Assembly: GCA_951406725.2 (NCBI GenBank)
Contig: OX597826.1
Location: 77,934,001-77,998,000 of the forward strand
Reading direction: 5' to 3'
Length of the DNA stretch: 64,000 nt
DNA from: Octopus vulgaris
Lineage: Eukaryota
Shown here: in pieces, positions 55,717 through 64,000 of the stretch
Layout: every line of letters starts with the position of its first letter
How positions within the stretch are numbered: the first letter of the stretch is position 1
The notes under the pieces: model-generated
The model's input: the letters and a program-made list of their open reading frames with translations, nothing else
The model's database searches: none
What the model was told of the DNA's origin: nothing
Translations under genes and position numbers: made by a program

Positions 55717-56530
55717 TATCACAACCGCCGTCATAATTATCGTCGTCGCCGCCGACGCCACCACCACTAGTATCATTACTACCATCATCACCATAAACCG
55801 CTGCAATCGCAACCACCAGCATCACCACCTCCGCAACCACCAGCACCATCACCACCACCACCACCACCACCACCATCACTATAATTATAACATACTTTAA
55901 CCTGATGTTTGCCGTTTAGTTGTCCGTTTTAATAACAGACTTGGCTGAATGCATGGATGTGTATATGTATGACTGCATGTGTACGTTTATCTCTGCCTGT
56001 ATACACATGTATATATGTATGCACATGTATATATGTATGCATATGCTTGTCCATCAGTATATTTGTATATGTATGTGTATGCATATGTGTATGCAGGTAT
56101 GTCTATTTGTCCGCTTGTATATGTATGTGTATGTATAGTTATTAGTGCGTAGATGAGTATTTGTGAATTTGGCTATGTGGATATGAGGTCGTGAGTGTAT
56201 GCGTGTGCATACATGTGCATACGTGTGCATACATGTGCATATGCATATATATATATATATATCCATGTATTTGCATGTGTATGTTTATATGTATCCGTGC
56301 ATATGCGTATGCATATATGTATCCGTGCATATGCGTGTATGTAATTGTACGTCTGTATATATTTGTCTCTGCGCATATGTGTGCATGTATTTGCGCAGGT
56401 CCACGGATATATGAGTATGCACATTTTTGTGCGTGTGGAAATTTGTGATGAGTGTATTATATTTGCCTGCGTACATATTGGTGCACTTACGCATGTATAT
56501 TTATATATGCATGTGCATAATGTGCGTATG

Positions 56531-56562
<32 letters not shown>

Positions 56563-56878
56563 GATAGATATAAATATATATATATATATATATATACATA
56601 TATATAAATATATATATATATATATGTGTATATGTTAGTGTGTGTGTGTGTGTGTGTATGTATATGCACGCGCACAAATATTGTGTATTAGCGTGTTTTT
56701 CTGTCTGTTTGTTTATTATCCCGCCTTATCCTTTTCATACAATTGAGGATCGTGCCTGGATTAAGCCGGATAAATACAGAGAAATCTTATCGACAGTCAG
56801 ATAGACAGACAGGCGAACAGACACGAACAGAGACACAAGCACACATAGTTGCTTAGACAGACAGGTGCACAGTCACAC

Positions 56879-56954
<76 letters not shown>

Positions 56955-57703
56955 GCCGAGTTAGAGTCGAGACATACTAGGCAACCAGAAACAGATAAAC
57001 AAGATATATATATATAAAGAGAGAGAGAGACAGACAGAAGTCAGACATAGGGAGGAGAGATGAGAAAGAGAGAAACAGAGAGAAGAGAGAGACAGAGAGA
57101 AATTGGAGAGAGACAGGGAGAGATGGAGACGAGTAAGAGGGAGACAGAGAGAACTAAGAGAGAGAGAGAGTAACAGAGAGAAGAGAAGGATAAAGATAGA
57201 CAGAGGCAGAGGGAGACAGAGAGAGTAACAGAGAGAAGAGAGAGATAAAGATAGACAGAGGCAGAGGGAGAGAGAGAGAACTAAGAGAGAGCGAGAAAGA
57301 GAGCGAAAGAGAGACACGTCCCTATACGCGTTCATAAAGAAACAAGAATATAAAATAATTTTATCCCCGAGTTTTCCCTTCCGCCATGTTAGCTTTCTTT
57401 TTTTTTCTTTGTTTTTGTTTTTATTGTTTCATATTAATCTTCATCGTTTATTATTATTTCGCTTCCTTCGACAGAAGGTCACAAAGATTATTTTGTAGAA
57501 AAGGAATTAGGTTGCAGCGAATCCTTAATGAGATCTTCTGATTCTACTGTGGCTTTTTAGAAATAAAAATTCTTTTTAATCCGAAGACAATTACTGGGAA
57601 CTTGCTGTTTGAGTTTTTAATGAACTTCAACTTGGGATTGAAACTGCACTCGTTACATCCACGAACTTACCACGTTTGTAAACAGACATTATTGTTGGCT
57701 GTT

Positions 57704-57890
57704 TAACCCTTTAACATTGTGATTCCTCTGTCAAATGCGATGCTTATTTGTTCGCAGTTTTGGATTAGCTTTGAGATTCCAGTGACGTATTTTTAGAATG
57801 GCATTGTAGGGTAGGTGTGAGAGACTGGATCTGGCTGGTTTGAACATGAAACAAGTAGAATATTTAGGCCGGATGTGGCCGTTTTGAACA
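57704..57890. mobile_element. Possible piggyBac-type MITE fragment
   Basis: TTAA-CCCTTT terminus; matching end not found. Confidence 0.3.
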
Positions 57891-57929
57891 AAAGATGGAG
57901 CCTCTAAGGAATCGTTCGACCTACATTAA

Positions 57930-58175
57930 TTTGTACTGGTTTCGGTCATTTGACTGCGGCCTTGCTGGAGCACTGCCTTTAGTCGCAAAAATCGAACCCC
58001 AGGACTTATTCTTTGTCAGCTTAGTACTTATATACTAAACAGACGCTTTGCAATCACTTGTTCTCGGGTTCAGTCCTACTGCGCAGTACCTCGAGCAAAT
58101 ATCTTCTACAATAATTCCAGGCCGACCAATGACTCGTTCGTGAATTCGGTTGACGGAAACTGCGTGAAAGCCCGG

Positions 58176-58233
<58 letters not shown>

Positions 58234-58455
58234 GTGCGTGCGTGTTTTTGTGTTTGTTTCTTTTTTCCTGCCAACGCTTGACAATCGGTGTCGATTTGTT
58301 CATGTTCCCGTAACTTAGCGGTTTGGTAAAACAGACCGATAGACAATGTACCATACTTAAAAAAATATGTATTGGGAACGACTTTTTTTCTACGAAACCC
58401 TTCAAGGCGGTGCCCCAGGATGTCAGCAGTCTTGTGAGTAAAACAAGTAAAAGCT
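57930..58455. mobile_element. SINE family C: reverse 3' fragment (57930-58032) followed by a forward copy
   Basis: TTTCGGTCATTTGACTGCGGCC (reverse tail); GGGTTCAGTCC..GACGGAAACTG..(TG)n..CCCGTAACTTAGCGG. Confidence 0.75.
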
Positions 58456-58933
58456 AAAAGTTAAAACCATTGGTTTCAGTTGGATATATCCGTGACACAT
58501 CCCATATTGTCCCTGTTGTTATCTTAGATATATAAATGTGAAGTATACGCGTAAGAGGGGTCAGTAGCACTTTTTCTAGTTTGACATAATATTACCTCCG
58601 TATCACCAAGATCTGAAATATATCACCCTGATTGCCTGGTCCCTTAATATTCCAACACATCTATAACTCTTAAGCTAATATTAACGAAAATATTATCGAG
58701 ATAAACGAGAATGCTAATATGTTATATAACATTTTCCCCCATGTAACCGATATCAACAAATATATCAGGCAGATAACCAAGTTCTTCAATATGGTAATAT
58801 CTTAGGACCAAATAGCCAATAACATCAAAGGCCAGTTCTTCAAATATATTTATGTTCTCCACATATAATGTCAAGGGATATCACACAGATAAGCCAGCTT
58901 ACCGATATTTCAATACCTTTCATTCATATCACA

Positions 58934-59309
58934 GGCACAGGCGTGGCTGTGTGATAGCAAATTTCCTTCCCGTCTAAATTGTTCGGGTTCATTCCCATTG
59001 CATGGCACCTTGGGGAAGTGTTTCCTACTATAGTCCCCTGCCGACCAAAGCCTTGTGGATGGATTTAGCAGACGGAAATTGAAAGAAACACGTATATGTA
59101 TGTATATATATATATATTCACTTATTCCTTATTTTCTCCTTATTCTATATTTTCTCTTATTCATTCCTGTTGAAGCGCATAGGTTCGAAACGTCAGACTT
59201 TCTCACTTTCTCGAGCGTCAAAATATTAATCCTGCTTGTTGTTCATACACCTGTGTTCGTCTTTTGTTTCTCTGTAAATTTCAACTATATATATATATAT
59301 ATATATATC

Positions 59310-59347
<38 letters not shown>

Positions 59348-59715
59348 CAGATATATACTTACATTTATATATATATATATACATATATATAAACTAATAT
59401 GTTCACTCTAATATATTTACTGAGTACATCCAGTTCACTTTTGTTGTTTTCCTTGTTTTATTTTTTGTTCTTCGATTTGCATTTATACATACATAAATAC
59501 ACACACACAGGCACGCACATACACGTATATAATAAATGTGTGTATGCGAATGTATATATGTGTGTATGTGCATGTATGTATGTATATTTATGTGTGTGTG
59601 TGTGTATTTGTTCCTCACCACCGCTTGGTAATCGTTGTTGGCCTGACTAAAAACCGTCATGGTGTTGGCTCAGCATGGCTGCTGTCCAATGACTGAAGCA
59701 AGTGAAAGGCTAAAG
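58934..59715 (+). mobile_element. SINE family C interrupted in its microsatellite by a pseudo-LTR-like insert (59120-59290)
   Basis: Head GGCACAGGCGTGGCTGTGTG, degenerate tail at 59600-59715; insert homologous to 13515-13650. Confidence 0.65.
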
Positions 59716-60671
59716 ACTGCAAAGCTACCCCCAACTGACTAATAGTGCAACACAGTTTCTCTCATCTTTATCCAATATTTTCAAACATATTTTATCTCTA
59801 TTCTAATTTATCCCTACCACACTCATCAGGTCCATCGAGCACGCGCATCGGGCACTTCATGCATGCCATTTTAACCCAGACTATTCTAGAGGAAGGAAAA
59901 ATCTCGGCCAGACGTTTTAATTCTAAGATAAACTCTTTCTCTTAACGATTTAAATAGCTTTATCCTATATTCTTGAATACTAGACGACATTGTTCCAGAT
60001 TTTGGCTTCCAGCTTCCAGAAGCACTACCAATTATCGAATATCACAAGAGATTTGCTCTAGTTAATAAGCACTCATCTATAATGGGATCATACAAAATTC
60101 AAAGAACATTAAAAAACATAATTCCAAATAAACAACCAGTAACAAACAATTCGACAGACAAAACAAAACTAGGTTAATGTTGTGACACTGTTCTCATTTG
60201 CTTTCCGTATTTATTTTGTTATTTTTGTGATATTTGCTGATATATTAAATATTTGATTTCGTAGTAGCTTCGTTTCTCGCTGTAGTTGTTGTTGTTGTTG
60301 TTCTTCTTCTTCTTACTTATCATTATTAATTTTTCTTTCTTTCTTTTTTTCTTTCTTTCAACCACTCCTGCTTTTGTTATTAAGTCTATATTGTTATTTT
60401 AACTGTTGTTTTTGTTGTTCTTGGCGGTGCTGTTCCCTTTTGGCATACAAATGCCCTTAATGGATTTAATAAGCGCTTTGCCTGGCTTCGTGGCATTCTT
60501 GGCTTCTTTCTTTCATTCTTTCTATCCTTCCTTCTTTTCTTACTTCTTTCTTTACTTCACAATCCATTTATTGTGTAATTTCCGTAGAGTAGAACTGCAC
60601 ATTAAGCAAATCATCCACCTACAGATGTATTGTTGTACAATAAATGCATTTGTATGTATATACGTACGGAT

Positions 60672-60713
<42 letters not shown>

Positions 60714-60752
60714 ACAGACACACATACACAAACACACTTATATATGCATACA

Positions 60753-60803
<51 letters not shown>

Positions 60804-60923
60804 TTATTCATACATATATTTATGTATATACATACGTATGCATCCATATATGTATATACATATATATATGTCTATATATAGCTATATAGATATCTATGTA
60901 TGTATGCATTTATGCGTGCATGC

Positions 60924-60990
<67 letters not shown>

Positions 60991-61774
60991 TATGTACATA
61001 TGCATCTATGCGTGCATGCATATATGCATATATATATATACTTACATACAGATGAGTGCTCGTTCACACAGAAGCAAAGCATCTACGACCAATGTAATAT
61101 GCGTACGTAGCTAATCAAACGCACACACACATGTATGTGTGTGTGTGTGTATATATGTATAATATGTATGTATGTATTGAACGCGCATGAACGTAAGTGG
61201 TATAATGTATACGTATAATGTATAAGTATACATTAAATATATATTAAATCTTGTGTAGAGAGAAAATGAACGTGTGGCATATATCTAACGACTGAAGTTC
61301 AAATTTCGACGAAAATGAGTAAATGCCTAAACGATCTCGAGCGATTGGTCTTCAAGCGTATATATGTATACATATCGTTATGTGTTTGTGTGTTTTGTGT
61401 GTATGTGTGTGTGTGCGTACGCGCGCAGAAGTGTATATATATCTAGGTGGTGGGCATATCAAGCCTGCCGGTTTAACACAATCTGCTGGCCGGTTGATTA
61501 CTTTTGCGGAGCTCGCTCTATTGCACTCGCTCGCAATAGGCTTTCGGCAGGGTTTCTCGTGCCATATCGACGCCAACCCAAAGAAATACATAGAGACCAG
61601 TGAGTAAGAAAGAGAAGAAACTGTATAGAAATGATGAGTAAAACGTAAAATGTTTAATAGCCACAATAGTAATGCGGTAAAGTTGTGTTTAAAGTCATGT
61701 ATGTGACAGATTCGAAAGTTATTCTTAGAAACACGTTGCATTCATCCACTGGATAACCGGAAGAATTGTAGGAA

Positions 61775-63750
61775 AGGATGAATTAATTTTGGTGAGAGCA
61801 TGAGGAAATCTGTTTCAATTCGGATTAAGAAGGTGTGTTAGGATGTTGAACGCCTTCAATATGAAAAAGAAGGCATTTGTATCCATTAATCTAAGAAAGA
61901 ACACAGTCAATAATCAACTTGTTTAGTTTGTAGTCGATATTTGTTCTTTTAAACTCCAGATATGTTTCGATAGTGTCGTGACGTTTTGCTTTGTCTTCTT
62001 GCGTAAACGAGTGCGCATGCTGAATATGCATCCTACCCAGAGTTCTATTAAATTTAGGATTTAATAGAGTTCTGTATAAGGTCTATGTGTCACTCTGTAT
62101 CGTTGTAGTTATTGATGGAAAATTTAGTGTAATATACGACACTTTTTTATTGAGGCGTTTACTGTTTAAAGGGCAAATACCTCAGTGGGGACAATTGCAT
62201 TAAGTTGAAGTATCGCATGTAATAAAAGGAACAAATTTATTCCAATTAATTCGAGATAATGAAGAAGCGAAATTATCTGTACAGCTGTAACTTCAAGGTT
62301 ATGGCTATCAAATATTTTATGGAACTTACGGTTTCGGAAAGTGCTTATTAACTAAACTTATAAAGGATCGGGTAATGATAAATATGACATTGGAAATGAA
62401 AGAAGGAGGTTTCCATATAACATCCCTTCTTCTGGTGTTGATAGCATTAGGGATTTTGTGTGTGGTGTTGGGAAGGAATATATTCTATTCTATTGCTGTT
62501 GCCGTTTTCTAATTAAAGCTTCATAGTAAAATACAGGAGCCTGGTTAAAAGTCTCACCCTCAGAAATTCTGGAAATTTTATCATTAATTCTTCAGAATGG
62601 TAAAGGATAATTCGATTCTTTGTAAAGATAACCTATGACTTCATTTGGTTTTCTACTAGTGCTGTAATGTCTAAAGAGTTGACTATATTAGCATTGACAC
62701 ATACAGTAATCTTAGGGTCAAAATTTTTATAAGTATTAATTAAATTGTTTTCGAAGTCTGTCTAATTTATGGTCATTCTTATTACAGGTTAAGTTCCGAC
62801 AGACGTCACTGTATAACCATAATTCTGTGAAATCAAATTTGGAGAGCAGTTGTCTAAAATAAATAATCCACTTGAATGACAGGCTTCGGTTCCATCAAAG
62901 ACGCCCACAGGGAGATCAAAACGCTCTGAGCTTTAGGAAAAAGGATCATCGACAGATTGCGGAATCTTCTAGCAAGCATAATGACAGCCATGCCCTAATG
63001 CATGATAATAACATATCTGCTGCTGAATTGTAAGGCTTTCATTAACAGCATTTCGCTAACAGAGGGGGAAAATTCAACGATGTCGGATTGTGTGAATTTA
63101 GTTTTGTTTGTTGTATAAATTATATAACCAACCTATTACTGAAGAGCAACCTTTCTAGAATGGATTGGTTAGAAAATTACATAATTCTATAATTAGTTCT
63201 ACCAAGTATGACATTGACAACACTACCTAAATCCCTTTTAGTAAGATTAATAAGCTTGCATTAAGGATCAGCTATAAAATTAGGTTTATAGTATTTTAAG
63301 GTAATCCGTGGAAACCTAACAACTAAACCGTCAATTTTATTGTCTAACTTAAAGACCAAAGTTAACTGTTTTGTTTCTTTGTTAATAAGGTATTAGCACT
63401 AGCTTTCTTATAAGTCTTTGTAATGTTACAATTTTTCTCAACCTCATCAATGCTTTATTCTATTTGAAGCGACTTGCAATTTGCTAGAATTACGGCAATG
63501 CTTCAAGTCACTCATTAAAATTTCCTGGAAGGTATCAGAATAATTTTCTGAACTTTATCTTCCTTATCATATTCAGGAGGTCGAATTAAAAAGCTTTCGG
63601 TGCTCTAAGCTTTGAGGGCAATTTTTTGTCTTTGATCTAAATTTTCATTTAGATAATTCATCATGCAAATTTTTACGTAACAGTACACTTTCCAACTTAC
63701 GTTTTGAAAAAGATGCTCGCATTTGCGATGCTTCCTCATATGACCATTGC
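61775..63750 (-). pseudogene. Penelope-like retroelement ORF relic (RT plus GIY-YIG endonuclease)
   Basis: Minus strand, in order: ITLKYYKPNF..CKLINLTK; FTQSDIVEFSPSVS; FDLPVGVFDGTEAC..GLFIL; LYSDV (YRDD-like); VNSLDIT; RKPN..ESNYP; VIWKPPSF..LVNKHFPK; CNC..CPLN; TTLSKHIWSLKE. Confidence 0.88.
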
Positions 63751-63983
63751 TCTCTGGGATAGTGATGACGGTATAGTTTTTATTGAGTATAGATAGGAAT
63801 GAATATGCGTGTGTGTGTGTCTGCGCGTGATACATAGATCTATACATTAGTATATCTAAATTATCTATCTCTTTGTCTCTATCTTTTTATATCCGTCTCC
63901 ACCTCTCTCTCTCCCTCCCTCCCTACACACACACACATATATATAAAGAGAGAAAGAAAGAAAGAAAGAGAAAGAGAGAGAGA

Positions 63984-64000
63984 GGCGCATGGCTCAGTGG
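63984..64000 (+). mobile_element. Start of a SINE family B copy, cut by the window edge
   Basis: GGCGCATGGCTCAGTGG identical to the 16744 head. Confidence 0.7.

Overview
AT-rich, microsatellite-saturated metazoan non-coding DNA with no recognisable host-gene exon. The SINE families resemble those I recall from octopus genomes, so a coleoid cephalopod source is inferred, not proven. Most ORFs in the supplied track are translations of simple repeats. The window contains several tRNA-derived SINE families, decayed Tc1/mariner/maT transposons, a cluster of R4/Dong-type non-LTR retrotransposon 3' ends inside (TAA)n, decayed LINE fragments, a ~2 kb Penelope-like RT/GIY-YIG relic, a 33-bp G-rich minisatellite and a 1.15-kb GAA tract. 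The most unusual signal is a set of minimal type-I hammerhead-ribozyme-like motifs, probably from Penelope pseudo-LTRs, whose core 3:8 base pair appears as C-G, U-A and G-C. Several sit in fold-back palindromes, and five sequence-unrelated hairpins between 13.9 and 20.8 kb carry TTGAC in their spacer on the same strand. All structures were read by eye, and boundaries of decayed elements are approximate.
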